Shown one piece after another: positions 10,163-20,148 of a stretch of 64,000 bases of DNA; position 1 is the stretch's first letter; each line of letters starts with the position of its first letter. The stretch covers positions 193,984 through 257,983 of the forward strand of contig CAWFYU010000022.1 of NCBI GenBank assembly GCA_963820085.1, given 5' to 3'. The notes below the pieces were generated by a model, which saw only the letters and a list, made by a program, of their open reading frames with translations, ran no database searches and was not told the origin of the DNA. This stretch comes from Ilumatobacteraceae bacterium. GTDB taxonomy: Bacteria; Actinomycetota; Acidimicrobiia; Acidimicrobiales; Ilumatobacteraceae. The translations under genes and the position numbers were made by a program.

Positions 10163-11098
10163 ATGTCGGGATTCTTCGCTGCGGTGTTCGACATCATTTC
10201 GAGCGAGTCGACGTACATCAACACTGCCTTGTTCGCCGCGCTTCTTGCCTTCGCTGCGTCGGGCGAGTGGGTTGCCGAACGCGCCGGGACGCTCAACATT
10301 TCCGTCGAGGCAATGCTCCTTGGCGGTGCGTTCACGAGTGCGGTTGGCTTCCACCTCACCGACTCCACGATCTTCGCTCTCGTGGCCGGGGTAGCCGGCG
10401 GCATGATCATCGCTGGGGTGCAAGCCGAGATGAGCCACCGCCTCAGTGCCGATCAGTTCGTGGTCGGGCTCACCCTCAACATCTTGGTCTTCGGGCTCGT
10501 CGGCTTCCTCGACAACGAGGTCGCGCCGGAGACGGAACTCGCCGCAGATCGGGACATCCCACTGCTCAGTGACATCCCGTGGATCGGTCAGGCACTCTTC
10601 GGACAGCGATGGCCGTTCTACGCCCTCTTCGTCGTGCTCCCTGCGACATGGTGGGTGGTCTATCGCACACGGTGGGGGTTGGAAGTGCGCGCGGTCGGCG
10701 AGAACCCGCAGTCTGCCGACGTCTCGGGGATCGACGTGAACAAGCGGCGTCGCCAGAGCATCTACTACGCCGGATTCACGTCGGGCATCGGCGGGTGGTT
10801 CTTGATCTTCGCGCAGGTCGGATTGTTCGAAGATTCGGTCGTCGGCGGGCGGGGCTTCATCGCGATCGCCGCGGTCATCTTCGGCGGGTGGACGCTGCGC
10901 GGCACGGTTGCTGGTTGCGTCATCTTCGCCGGAGCGCTTTCGTTCCGACTCTCGGTCCAAGGGCTCGGCTACCAGGTCAACAGCGAATTGCTGCAGTCAC
11001 TGCCGTTCCTCGTCACCCTGCTCGGCATGGCGATCTTCGCGCACCGTGTCCGGCCGCCCGCCGCGCTTGCGCAACCCTTCGTCCGCGGGCTGAAGTAG
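10163..11098 (+). CDS. ABC transporter permease (second subunit)
   Basis: Multi-pass hydrophobic ORF starting 2 nt after the previous stop, paralogous in style to the first permease. Confidence 0.75.
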   Translation: MSGFFAAVFDIISSESTYINTALFAALLAFAASGEWVAERAGTLNISVEAMLLGGAFTSAVGFHLTDSTIFALVAGVAGGMIIAGVQAEMSHRLSADQFVVGLTLNILVFGLVGFLDNEVAPETELAADRDIPLLSDIPWIGQALFGQRWPFYALFVVLPATWWVVYRTRWGLEVRAVGENPQSADVSGIDVNKRRRQSIYYAGFTSGIGGWFLIFAQVGLFEDSVVGGRGFIAIAAVIFGGWTLRGTVAGCVIFAGALSFRLSVQGLGYQVNSELLQSLPFLVTLLGMAIFAHRVRPPAALAQPFVRGLK

Positions 11099-11114
11099 CC
11101 GAATCCGGGCAGCT

Positions 11115-12131
11115 GTGGAGTACCGCCCGCTCGGCCGTTCGGACATCGAAGTGAGCCACTTCGGCCTCGGCACGATGGTGCTCGGCGCGTGGGGCAACAC
11201 CGACGGCGATGCCTGCCATCGGATCATCAACGCGGCGCTCGATGCCGGGATCAACCTCATCGACACGGCCGACATGTACGGCGGCGGCGAGAACGAGATC
11301 ATCGTGGGTGCGGCCATCAGAACTCGACGGGACGACGTGGTCCTGTGCACCAAGTTCCACCATCCGGTCGGCGCCGACCCCGATCTCACTCGACGCGGCA
11401 ACAGCCGACGCTGGATCATGACCGCGATCGAAGACAGTCTGCGCCGCCTCGGTGTGGACTACGTCGATCTCTACCAGGTCCACCGACCGGACCCCGCGGT
11501 GGGCATCGACGAGACGGTCGGCGCGCTCACCGATCTCCAACGCGCCGGAAAGATCCGGGCGTGGGGCACGTCGACCTTTCCCGCCGAAGACATCGTGGAG
11601 GCGCACTGGGCAGCACAGCGTCTCGACGCGATCGGCCCGCGCACCGAGCAGCCGCCGTATTCGGTGCTGTGTCGCGGCATCGAACGCGACGTGCTCCCGA
11701 CCGTCCAACGCCACGGCATGGGAGCGTTGGTGTGGAGCCCACTGTCCGGAGGCTGGCTCACCGGCAAGTACCGCCGCGGGCATGCGCCACCCGTCGGGAG
11801 CCGAGGCGACACCAACCCCGATCATTTCGATGGTGGCAACGAGGCCAAGTTCGACGCGGTCGAACGGCTGCAACGTATCGCCGACGGCGCGGGTGTACCG
11901 CTGGCCCATCTGGCGCTCGCCTTTGCGACCGAACACCCGGCGGTGACTGCTGCGCTCATCGGCCCGCGCACCGAAGCGCAGTTGGCTGACCTGCTGGCCG
12001 CGACGACGCTCCGGCTCGATGGCGATGTGCTCGACGCGATCGATGAGGTGGTCCCACCGGGAACCACGGTCAACCTGGCCGACGTCGGCTGGATCCCTCC
12101 TGGCCTCGCCGCCGACCACCGCCGTCGCTGA
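11115..12131 (+). CDS. Aldo/keto reductase
   Basis: AKR-type N-terminus YRPLGRSDIEVSHFGLGTM, followed by IDTADMYGGGENE and LYQVHRPD. Confidence 0.85.
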   Translation: MEYRPLGRSDIEVSHFGLGTMVLGAWGNTDGDACHRIINAALDAGINLIDTADMYGGGENEIIVGAAIRTRRDDVVLCTKFHHPVGADPDLTRRGNSRRWIMTAIEDSLRRLGVDYVDLYQVHRPDPAVGIDETVGALTDLQRAGKIRAWGTSTFPAEDIVEAHWAAQRLDAIGPRTEQPPYSVLCRGIERDVLPTVQRHGMGALVWSPLSGGWLTGKYRRGHAPPVGSRGDTNPDHFDGGNEAKFDAVERLQRIADGAGVPLAHLALAFATEHPAVTAALIGPRTEAQLADLLAATTLRLDGDVLDAIDEVVPPGTTVNLADVGWIPPGLAADHRRR

Positions 12132-12141
12132 CTTCTCGCCA

Positions 12142-12669
12142 CTATTCGATGGTCCAACCTTCGGGGAGCGGCGTCTCGCCGATGACTTCGTGGGTGTCTT
12201 CGTCGACGTCGACCCCTGCGAGGTGGGCCCACAGCATCAACTGGTTTCCCCACGGATCCATGAACGATGCGTTGGCACCACCGAACTCGGTCCAGAAGTG
12301 GTTCCGCCACAATTCGGTTCCTCCGAGACGCACTGCGGTGTCGAGGATGCGTTCGAACGAGTCGTCGTCGCTGACCAGGATCCACGCCCGCATGGCGCGA
12401 CCGCCGGGGTTGAGATTGGTCGGTTCGATCGGCACGCTCGGCGGGCGCGGTCGCATGTCGGCGGCGTTCGAGATGCCCATGTGCAAGTTGCCGTTCGGGC
12501 CTTGCGAGCCGTCGTCGATCTTCTGGTTCTGGCCGGGCACGATCCGCGCGAACGCATCGGGGATGCGATCCTCCACTTCCCAGTTGAAGACTTCGGCGTA
12601 GAAGGCGCGGGCCGCGTCGACGTCGTCGGATGGAAAGTCGACGAAGACGAGTGTGTTCGGATACGTCAT
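12142..12669 (-). CDS. VOC/glyoxalase-family protein
   Basis: Only the last 175 aa of the 639-aa ORF 12142..14061 look like real protein (MTYPNTLVFVDFPSDDVDAARAFYAEVFNWEV...). The ATG at 12669 was checked on the sequence. The upstream part is antisense junk over the oxidoreductase gene. Confidence 0.7.
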   Translation of the reverse strand: MTYPNTLVFVDFPSDDVDAARAFYAEVFNWEVEDRIPDAFARIVPGQNQKIDDGSQGPNGNLHMGISNAADMRPRPPSVPIEPTNLNPGGRAMRAWILVSDDDSFERILDTAVRLGGTELWRNHFWTEFGGANASFMDPWGNQLMLWAHLAGVDVDEDTHEVIGETPLPEGWTIE

Positions 12670-12792
12670 GGGTCCCCCTTGGACGGCAGCACCGTCCGTT
12701 CGAAATGGTCTGTTGGTCTTACCATATGGGCGTCGGCGAACCCGACGCAATCCATCCCAGAGCAATCCCCGACGAAAGAAGCCAGTCCGCCC

Positions 12793-13827
12793 ATGAAGGC
12801 AATGCTCTATCGCGAAGCGGGAGGACCCGAAGTCCTCCAGTACGTCGACGTCGCCGACCCCGAACCGGGGCCTGGCGACGTCGTCATCGACGTTGCCGCG
12901 ACGTCGCTGAACCGACTCGATGTCGTGCAACGCAACGGCTGGTTTCAGATGCCGGGGTTCGCCTATCCGCACATCGCGGGCATGGACGTCGCAGGGACCG
13001 TGTCGGCCGTCGGCGACGCCGTCACCAACGTGGCGGTGGGCGATCGCGTCGTGGCCGACCCGTCGCTCGCGGGCGTTGCCGACAACTCGAAGCTCGCAGG
13101 CCGCGGCGACCTCTACGGCGATCTGGGCATCATCGGCGGCACCGTCGATGGGGGCTATGCCGAGAAGTGCCTCGTTCCTGCGTCGCACGTCTACACGATT
13201 CCCGACGACATGTCGTTCGAGCACGCGGCGAGCTTCCCGACCGCGTACCTCACCGCCGCCCATGCGCTGTTCGACGTCGGTCGGCTGCAAGCCGGGGAAA
13301 CCGTCATGATCCACGCTGCCGGCTCCGGTGTCTCGACCGCCGGCATTCAGTTGGCAAAACAGGCGGGTGCCATCGTGCTCGCCACCGCAGGCACCGACGA
13401 GAAGTGCGAACGGGCGCTGGCCTTGGGTGCTGACCACGTGGCCAACAACCGCACCGTCGATGTTGCCGGCTTCGCCCGCGAGGTCACGCAGGGCGCTGGC
13501 GTGAACATGGTGTTCGATCACGTCGGCACGGCGCTCTTCGGAGCGTCGCTGTTCGGGCTCGGCGTGCACGGTCGGTTGGTCAACTGCGGCAACTCGTCGG
13601 GCGACGAGGCGACCATTCCCTCGCTCGGCTACCTGTTCCACTCCGGCATCAAGATCTTGGGCTCCGACCCGTACCGACCCGAAGAATTCGGGCCGGTGTG
13701 GGAGACGTTCTGCGCGGGCGACTTCGACGTGGTGATCGACTCCGAGTTCGCGCTCGCCGATGCCGGCGCGGCCGAGTCCAAGATGCTGTCGAGCGACTTC
13801 TTCGGCAAGATCATCATCAAGCCCTGA
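12793..13827 (+). CDS. NADPH:quinone oxidoreductase / zinc-type alcohol dehydrogenase superfamily (MDR)
   Basis: MKAMLYREAGGPEVLQYVDVADPEPGPGDVVIDV..., the nucleotide-binding segment AAGSGVSTAGIQLAK, and a C-terminal FGKIIIKP. Confidence 0.85.
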   Translation: MKAMLYREAGGPEVLQYVDVADPEPGPGDVVIDVAATSLNRLDVVQRNGWFQMPGFAYPHIAGMDVAGTVSAVGDAVTNVAVGDRVVADPSLAGVADNSKLAGRGDLYGDLGIIGGTVDGGYAEKCLVPASHVYTIPDDMSFEHAASFPTAYLTAAHALFDVGRLQAGETVMIHAAGSGVSTAGIQLAKQAGAIVLATAGTDEKCERALALGADHVANNRTVDVAGFAREVTQGAGVNMVFDHVGTALFGASLFGLGVHGRLVNCGNSSGDEATIPSLGYLFHSGIKILGSDPYRPEEFGPVWETFCAGDFDVVIDSEFALADAGAAESKMLSSDFFGKIIIKP

Positions 13828-14921
13828 TGTTCGAGCCCCGTGATGCTCCGTACCCGGAGCTGAAGAAGACCCACACCATGGCCCACGCGGGCCGGCCGTG
13901 GACCGACTACAAACCGCCCCCGGCCGCGCCCGTCTGGGCGGCGATCGAAGGCCTCGGCCGCTATTACATCCTGCTGGCCGCGCTCGAGCTCGATGTCTTC
14001 GACACACTCCAGCGCCTCGGCCCGGCATCGGTCGAAGCGATCGCCGCCGAACTCGACGCACCGGTCGACCACGTGCGCTCGCTGCTCGACGGCGTGGTCG
14101 CGCTCGAACTCCTCGATCAATTCACCGACATCTACGAACTCAACGACACGGCGAAGCGGTACCTCGTCTCGGATGGGCCCGCCTCGATGGCGGATCTGAT
14201 CCCGGTCGCGCCGGGACCGCACGAGAACTGGACGCGGCTCGCCGACACGGTGCGCAACGGACGACCGTCGACACCGATCGAAGACGATGCTGCGGCGTTC
14301 TACGTGCCGCTGGTCGAAGGCACGTTCACGACGATGTTCCGGTGCGCCAGCCGGGCCGATCTCAAGATCAGGTACTCGGCATTGCGCTCACCGCGCATCC
14401 TCGATCTCGGCGCGGGCGGCGCACCGTGGGCGATCGCGATGCTCACTGCGTGCCCCGACGGCACAGCCGTGATCAATGACCTGCCCGGCGTGATCGACGT
14501 GGCCGTTCGCAAGGCCACCGAGCATGGGGTCGCGGATCGTTGCGAAATTCGGCCCGGCGACTTTCACACGGTCGACATCGAAGCCGGGCACTACGACGTC
14601 GTCGTGCTCGGTCACATCTGCCGGACCGAAGGCGCCGCCGGTGCCCAACATCTGATCGAGCGGGCCTTCGCGGCGCTGCGACCCGAGGGCCGTCTCGTGC
14701 TGGCCGACTACTTTCCCGACATCGAGCGCAAGTTCAATCCGCACGCCGTGATCATGGGCACCACGATGATGGCGAGCACGTTGAAGGGCTTCTGCTTCAC
14801 CCATCAGCAGTTCTCCGAGTGGCTCCGCGCAGCCGGCTTTGTCGATGTGCGCCTCATCGAGCCGATCGGGTTCCAACAGAGCTTCGTTGCCAGCACACCG
14901 CGACGGCCGTCACCCACCTGA
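13827..14921 (+). CDS. Class I SAM-dependent O-methyltransferase (family-2 type with N-terminal dimerisation/winged-helix part)
   Basis: SAM motif I-like ILDLGAGGAPWAIAM. The ATG at 13827 shares one base with the preceding stop; an alternative start lies at 13878. Confidence 0.75.
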   Translation: MFEPRDAPYPELKKTHTMAHAGRPWTDYKPPPAAPVWAAIEGLGRYYILLAALELDVFDTLQRLGPASVEAIAAELDAPVDHVRSLLDGVVALELLDQFTDIYELNDTAKRYLVSDGPASMADLIPVAPGPHENWTRLADTVRNGRPSTPIEDDAAAFYVPLVEGTFTTMFRCASRADLKIRYSALRSPRILDLGAGGAPWAIAMLTACPDGTAVINDLPGVIDVAVRKATEHGVADRCEIRPGDFHTVDIEAGHYDVVVLGHICRTEGAAGAQHLIERAFAALRPEGRLVLADYFPDIERKFNPHAVIMGTTMMASTLKGFCFTHQQFSEWLRAAGFVDVRLIEPIGFQQSFVASTPRRPSPT

Positions 14922-14947
14922 ACATCATCACTTGATCGGAGAACTCG

Positions 14948-16336
14948 ATGACCGAGCACATCGACACCCTCGTTGTCGGCAGCCATGTCGTCACGATGAA
15001 CGCGACCCGCGACGTGATTCGCCACGGCGCCGTGGCGATCCGCGGCAGAGACATCGTCGACGTCGGCAAGCAGACCGACCTCGAAGCGAAGTACACGGCG
15101 ACGAACACGATCGGCAGCGATCGGTTCGTCGTCACGCCGGGGATGGTCAACACGCACATCCACATCACCGGGGAGCCGCTGACTCGCGGGTACGTTCCCG
15201 ACGACACACCGTTTGAAGAAAACGTGTTCATGTGGTTGTGCCCGCTGTACTCGGTGTTCACTGCCGAAGAAGAGCGACTGTCGGCGCAGTTGGCAGCGGT
15301 GGAGATGTTGAAGTCGGGTACCACGACCTTCCTCGAAGCGGGAACGATTCGGTTCCTCGACGAGGTGATCGACGGGCTCGTCGAGGTCGGTATCCGGGGT
15401 CGCGTCGGCCGATGGATCTGGGACCTGCCTCCCGAACCCGACGTCTACAAACAGAACACCGACGAATCGATTGCCCTGCTCCAACGCCAGCTGACCGACT
15501 TCGCATCGGTGGCCGACGGCCGCCTCGGCGCCTGGTCGATCCTGGTCGGTCACACCACGGCATCGGACCCGTTGTGGAAGGCGGCGCGCGAACTGGCCGA
15601 CGAGCACGGCACCGGCATGAGTTTCCACATGTCGCCGGCGAAGCTCGATCCCGAGGGATTCGTCGCCGAGTTCGGTCATCGCCCCATGATCCATCTGGCG
15701 GAAATGGGCATTCTGCGCAACGACGTGGCGATCACCCATTGCGTGCAGATCGACGACCACGAGTTGGCCGTGATGGCGCAGGCCGGAGTGAATGTCGCGC
15801 ATTGCCCGACCACTGCGTTGAAGGTGAGCTACGGCGTCACCCAAGTCGGCAAGATGCCCGAGATGGTCCAGGCCGGCATCAACGTCAGCATCGGCACCGA
15901 CGGCAACAATGCGTCCAACTATTCCGACCTGATGCGAGCGACGTACCTCGTTGCCGGATTGTTCAAGGACGCCCGTCAGGATCCGCAGATGTTCCCGGCC
16001 GAGATGGCGTACGAGATGGCGACCCTCGGCGGCGCGAAGACCATGCAGATGGAGGACTCGATCGGGTCGCTCGAAGTCGGCAAACGCGCCGACATCGTGA
16101 TGCACGACACCGATCGACCCGAGTGGCGACCGCTCCTCAATGTCGCCAATCAACTCGTGTGGTCCGCCGACGGCCGCGGCGTGCACACGGTGTTCGTCGA
16201 TGGTGTCAAGGTGGTCGAAGCCGGGCAGATGACGACGATCGACGAGGGCACGTTCTACGACCGATGCCAACGTGCCGGCGAAGCGATCACGGCGCGATCA
16301 GGTCTTCCTGACAAGGCGAAGTGGCCGCTGCTGTGA
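14948..16336 (+). CDS. Amidohydrolase (TRZ/ATZ / SsnA / cytosine-guanine deaminase-like metal hydrolase)
   Basis: HxH metal motif in VTPGMVNTHIHITGE, later HCV...D motifs, and a length of 462 aa. Confidence 0.8.
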   Translation: MTEHIDTLVVGSHVVTMNATRDVIRHGAVAIRGRDIVDVGKQTDLEAKYTATNTIGSDRFVVTPGMVNTHIHITGEPLTRGYVPDDTPFEENVFMWLCPLYSVFTAEEERLSAQLAAVEMLKSGTTTFLEAGTIRFLDEVIDGLVEVGIRGRVGRWIWDLPPEPDVYKQNTDESIALLQRQLTDFASVADGRLGAWSILVGHTTASDPLWKAARELADEHGTGMSFHMSPAKLDPEGFVAEFGHRPMIHLAEMGILRNDVAITHCVQIDDHELAVMAQAGVNVAHCPTTALKVSYGVTQVGKMPEMVQAGINVSIGTDGNNASNYSDLMRATYLVAGLFKDARQDPQMFPAEMAYEMATLGGAKTMQMEDSIGSLEVGKRADIVMHDTDRPEWRPLLNVANQLVWSADGRGVHTVFVDGVKVVEAGQMTTIDEGTFYDRCQRAGEAITARSGLPDKAKWPLL

Positions 16337-16344
16337 GCGGTTGC

Positions 16345-17703
16345 TCAGCGCTGCGGCCAACGCGCGACGGCCGGGACGCCGCTCCTCGCGCGTAGGGCGG
16401 CGCCTGCTGCGACGGCGTCGTCGGCCAGTGCGACGATGTCGACGGTGGTGACCTGGCCGTCGGCGACGACGTGTTCGCCCGCGACGAACACGTCACGCAC
16501 CGATCGTCCATCCGACCCCCACACCAGTTGCAGCACGGGGTCGGGGCTCGGCGGGATCCATTCGATGCGGGAGCGATCGTGAATCACGAGGTCGGCCTGC
16601 TTGCCCACTTCGATGGATCCCACCGTGGCATCGAGGCCCAGGGCCTCGGCCCCTCGGATCGTCAGCAGTTCGAGTGCGTCGTGCGCGCCGAACACCGTGG
16701 GGTCGAGATCGCGGTCCTTGGCCATGCCTGCAAACAGCGCGGCGGCGCGCAGACCGTCGACCATGTCGCCCGCGTTCTCCGAGTCGCACCCGAGGGCAAG
16801 CCGCCCACCGCCGTTCCACAGATCGAGATGCCGGAACGCCCGCGACAACCCTTGCCCCAACCGCAGGTACGCCCACGGGCAGGAGACGACCGCAGTCCCC
16901 GAGTCGATGAGGAGTTCGACTTCGTCGTCGTCGATGTGGACAGCATGGGCAACGGCGAGATGGCGGCCGAGGACGCCGAGCGAACCGAGGTGCACCAGCG
17001 GGGCCTTCCCGGTACGTGCGAGGTAGCTGTCGGTGTCACTGGTCGACGGAGAGATGTGGAAGGTCATCCCGACACCACGGTCACGCGCCAACGCGGTCGC
17101 CGCAACGACGAGTTCATCCGACATCAGGTCGTGGCCGACCAGGCTCACCCAACTCGACACGAGCGGCCCGGTCGTGAGGTCGAGTGCTGCGGTTTGACGG
17201 TCGATCACTTCGTCGACCGGGCCGGTGAACGGCCCCTGTTCGATGTCCCAACCCCAGGTGCCGATCGTGAGTCGCGCGCCGATTCGCTCCGCTGCGCGGG
17301 CGATTCTGTCCGGGTGCGCCACCGTGCCTGCTTCGAACGTGGTCGTGATCCCGTTGGTCAGCGACTCGGCAAGCGTCAACGTGGCCGAGAGTTCGTCGTC
17401 GTCACCCGAGTGTTCGGCGTGCACCGGAACGACCCACGTGAAGATGGCCTCGCCCGGCGGCAGATTGTCGGGGATCGACGACTGGATGAGGCGGTCGCCG
17501 GTCAGGTGTTGGTGGCCGTTGATGTAGCCCGGCACGACCAGGTCGAGAGGTGTGCCGGTGACCGTCGCGTCGGGTTGAGCGGAGCGGAGCGCGGCGAAGG
17601 TGTCGACTGCGACGATCATCGAGCCGTCGATTCCGACCGCACCGTCGACGATCATGTCGCGGCTCGCATTCATCGTGACGACGGTGCCCCGCACGATTCG
17701 CAT
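16345..17703 (-). CDS. Amidohydrolase (second, divergent paralogue of the same superfamily)
   Basis: VVPGYINGHQHLTGD (HxH) plus AHAVHIDDDE. Convergent with the previous gene, with an 8-nt gap. Confidence 0.8.
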   Translation of the reverse strand: MRIVRGTVVTMNASRDMIVDGAVGIDGSMIVAVDTFAALRSAQPDATVTGTPLDLVVPGYINGHQHLTGDRLIQSSIPDNLPPGEAIFTWVVPVHAEHSGDDDELSATLTLAESLTNGITTTFEAGTVAHPDRIARAAERIGARLTIGTWGWDIEQGPFTGPVDEVIDRQTAALDLTTGPLVSSWVSLVGHDLMSDELVVAATALARDRGVGMTFHISPSTSDTDSYLARTGKAPLVHLGSLGVLGRHLAVAHAVHIDDDEVELLIDSGTAVVSCPWAYLRLGQGLSRAFRHLDLWNGGGRLALGCDSENAGDMVDGLRAAALFAGMAKDRDLDPTVFGAHDALELLTIRGAEALGLDATVGSIEVGKQADLVIHDRSRIEWIPPSPDPVLQLVWGSDGRSVRDVFVAGEHVVADGQVTTVDIVALADDAVAAGAALRARSGVPAVARWPQR

Positions 17704-17806
17704 GGCTGGAAGCTATCCACTGTTCACGCCCCATCCCAGGCCGATCGCGTGAGGTAGATGCGCCGTCCAGGCGCGCCTGCGTGCACGAGATCGGTGGACT
17801 CGAGCG

Positions 17807-19972
17807 TCAGCGCAGTGGTGCGGGAAGTTCGTCTGCGTGGACGACGGTGAGCCGCTGCGTGCTGCGGGTGAGCGCCACATAGAGGGCGCGCAGGCCGTGC
17901 TCGATGCTCTCGACGATCGCAGCAGGTTCGACCACCACGACCCCGTCGAGTTCGAGACCCTTGACGACACTGACCGGAACGAGGGTGACCCCGGCGTCGA
18001 GACCGGTTCGCGTGGCGGTGCCGTGGTTGATGCCGGCATCGGTCAGCGCGATCGACAGGTCGCCGATCATCTCGTCAGGGGCGACCACGCCGAGACTGGC
18101 GCCCGGAATCGCAGCCGCGAGCGCGAGTACTTCGTCGGCCACGGTCTTGCCGAGCAATTCGACCGAGGGTGCCCGCACGATGGAGGGCGACACATCACCG
18201 ACGCGCACCGACTCGGGCGCGCGCAACGACGGCGTCGCCGCTTCCATCACCTTGTTGGCGAGTTCCATGATCTGGCCCGGGATGCGATAACCGACCGACA
18301 GGCCGATCACGCGGGTCGGCCTGCGGTCGGGCAGGTGCGCCAGCACGTCGTCCCACTCGTCCGGAGCGAGCGGACCGGTGGCTTGCGCAAGGTCGCCGAC
18401 GATCGTCATCGCGCCGTTGAGCGAACGCCTGGTCGCCATCTTCAGTTGCATCGGCGTGAGGTCTTGCACCTCGTCGATGACGATGTGTCCGTAGGTACGG
18501 ATTTCGTCGAACTCGTCGATCTTGCCGCCGCTGCCCGGCCTCGGCCCGAGCACATCGCGCGCGTCGTCGAGCAGTGCGACATCGGACATGGTCCAGCGGA
18601 CGTCGTCGACCGATTCCGAACGCGGGCGGTACATCGCCACCGCCTCGTCTTCGGTCATCACGTTCCGGGCGGCGAGCTTGAGGAGGGCCCGCGACCCGAA
18701 CAGATCGTGCAGCAACTGTGCCGGGGTCAGCAGTGGCCACATCGTGTCGAGCGCGGCGCGGGCTTCAGGCGTGTGACGCAGTGCGTCCTTCACGTCGCGC
18801 GGGCCGATCTCGGGATCGTGATACGAGTCGGCCAACGCCGCCCAGAAGTCGCCTTCGACCGAGCGACGACCGGCGTTGTGACGCTTGAACCGCCGTTTCG
18901 CGCTCTTGACGATGCGGGCCGACTCCTCGGCCCGGAGGCGCACGTAGCCGGCGCGGAACGGCAACTCGAAGTCGGTGCGCAACGGACGCTTGCGATCGGC
19001 GATCGCGTTGTCGATCAGGTCGGACATGCGGTTGTCACCCTTGATCCGCATCGCCGCGCGCGAGTCGCCGGGTTCGTCGGGGCGACGGAACTGCACGCCG
19101 GGGATCAGGTCGGCGAGGACCGCCTGCTGCACGCCTGCTTCGCCGAGCGACGGGAGCACGCGCTCGATGTAGCGCAGGAACACACGGTTGGGCCCGATGA
19201 CGAGCACACCCTGGTCTTCGAGCGGGAAACGGTGGGTGTAGAGCAGATACGCGGCGCGGTGCAGTGCGACGACCGTTTTGCCGGTGCCCGGGCCGCCCTG
19301 CACGACGAGCACGCCGGATTGCGGCGAGCGGATGATCTCGTCTTGTTCGGCCTGGATCGTCGCGACGATGTCGCCCAGCGTGCCGGTTCGGCCCCGCTCG
19401 AGCGCAGCGATCAGTGTCGAGTACCCCCGCAGACCCGAACCGGCCTCGACCACGCCCGTGGAGGTGCCCCCGTCATCTCCGGCCGGCACGAGACCGTCGT
19501 CATGGCCCACGCCGAGGTGACCTTCACCGAACAACTCGTCTTCGATGCCGAGCAGGTTCGGACCCTCGATGATGAAGTGACGCCGCCGGGCCAGACCCAT
19601 CGCGTCGCGTCCGGTGGCGCGATAGAACGGCTCGGCGACCGGGGCCCGCCAGTCGACGACCACGGGTTCGCGATCCTCGTCGGCAATGGCGAGGCGGCCG
19701 ATGTGGAACGCTTCGAGCTGATCTGGCGACTCGGCGTACCGGTCGATCCGGCCGAACACCAACGAAGCGTTGCCGAGCTCGAGTTCTTCGAGACGACGGA
19801 CGAGCTGTTCGTCGAATGCATTGCGTTCGAAGCGCGCCTGGAACGTGCCGCCCATGCTGGCTTCGTTCAGGCCGCGGATGCGGAATGCCGCCAGTCGGCT
19901 GCTTTCCAGGCAGTCGTACGCGTGCTGGATGTACGCCTGCTCGTCAGCGAGGTCGGGATGCTGTTGCGTCAT
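17807..19972 (-). CDS. helD: HelD-type UvrD-like helicase (RNA polymerase recycling ATPase family)
   Basis: Start chosen at MTQQHPDLADEQAYIQHAYDCLE (cat at 19970-19972). Walker A is VVQGGPGTGKT, and the C-terminal helicase motif is LYVALTRSTQRL. Confidence 0.8.
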   Translation of the reverse strand: MTQQHPDLADEQAYIQHAYDCLESSRLAAFRIRGLNEASMGGTFQARFERNAFDEQLVRRLEELELGNASLVFGRIDRYAESPDQLEAFHIGRLAIADEDREPVVVDWRAPVAEPFYRATGRDAMGLARRRHFIIEGPNLLGIEDELFGEGHLGVGHDDGLVPAGDDGGTSTGVVEAGSGLRGYSTLIAALERGRTGTLGDIVATIQAEQDEIIRSPQSGVLVVQGGPGTGKTVVALHRAAYLLYTHRFPLEDQGVLVIGPNRVFLRYIERVLPSLGEAGVQQAVLADLIPGVQFRRPDEPGDSRAAMRIKGDNRMSDLIDNAIADRKRPLRTDFELPFRAGYVRLRAEESARIVKSAKRRFKRHNAGRRSVEGDFWAALADSYHDPEIGPRDVKDALRHTPEARAALDTMWPLLTPAQLLHDLFGSRALLKLAARNVMTEDEAVAMYRPRSESVDDVRWTMSDVALLDDARDVLGPRPGSGGKIDEFDEIRTYGHIVIDEVQDLTPMQLKMATRRSLNGAMTIVGDLAQATGPLAPDEWDDVLAHLPDRRPTRVIGLSVGYRIPGQIMELANKVMEAATPSLRAPESVRVGDVSPSIVRAPSVELLGKTVADEVLALAAAIPGASLGVVAPDEMIGDLSIALTDAGINHGTATRTGLDAGVTLVPVSVVKGLELDGVVVVEPAAIVESIEHGLRALYVALTRSTQRLTVVHADELPAPLR

Positions 19973-20148
19973 AATTGAGGCCGGAAATGCTACCGAACCT
20001 CCGCCCGGATCAGCTCGAACCAATTCAGGGCCCCCGGCAGCCAGGTTCAACCCGGCCCGGCTGGCTCGGCCCGGCTGGATTCGGCCCGCGTTCGGTTCGA
20101 CCCGCGCTCGGTTCGGCTGGAACAACGACTGGATAGCGTGCAGCGGGC

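Noticed and set aside
12670-14061. N-terminal 464 aa of ORF 12142..14061 (-)
   Set aside because: This part is antisense to the quinone-oxidoreductase and methyltransferase genes and is Arg-rich. Only the final 175 codons (VOC protein) look real.
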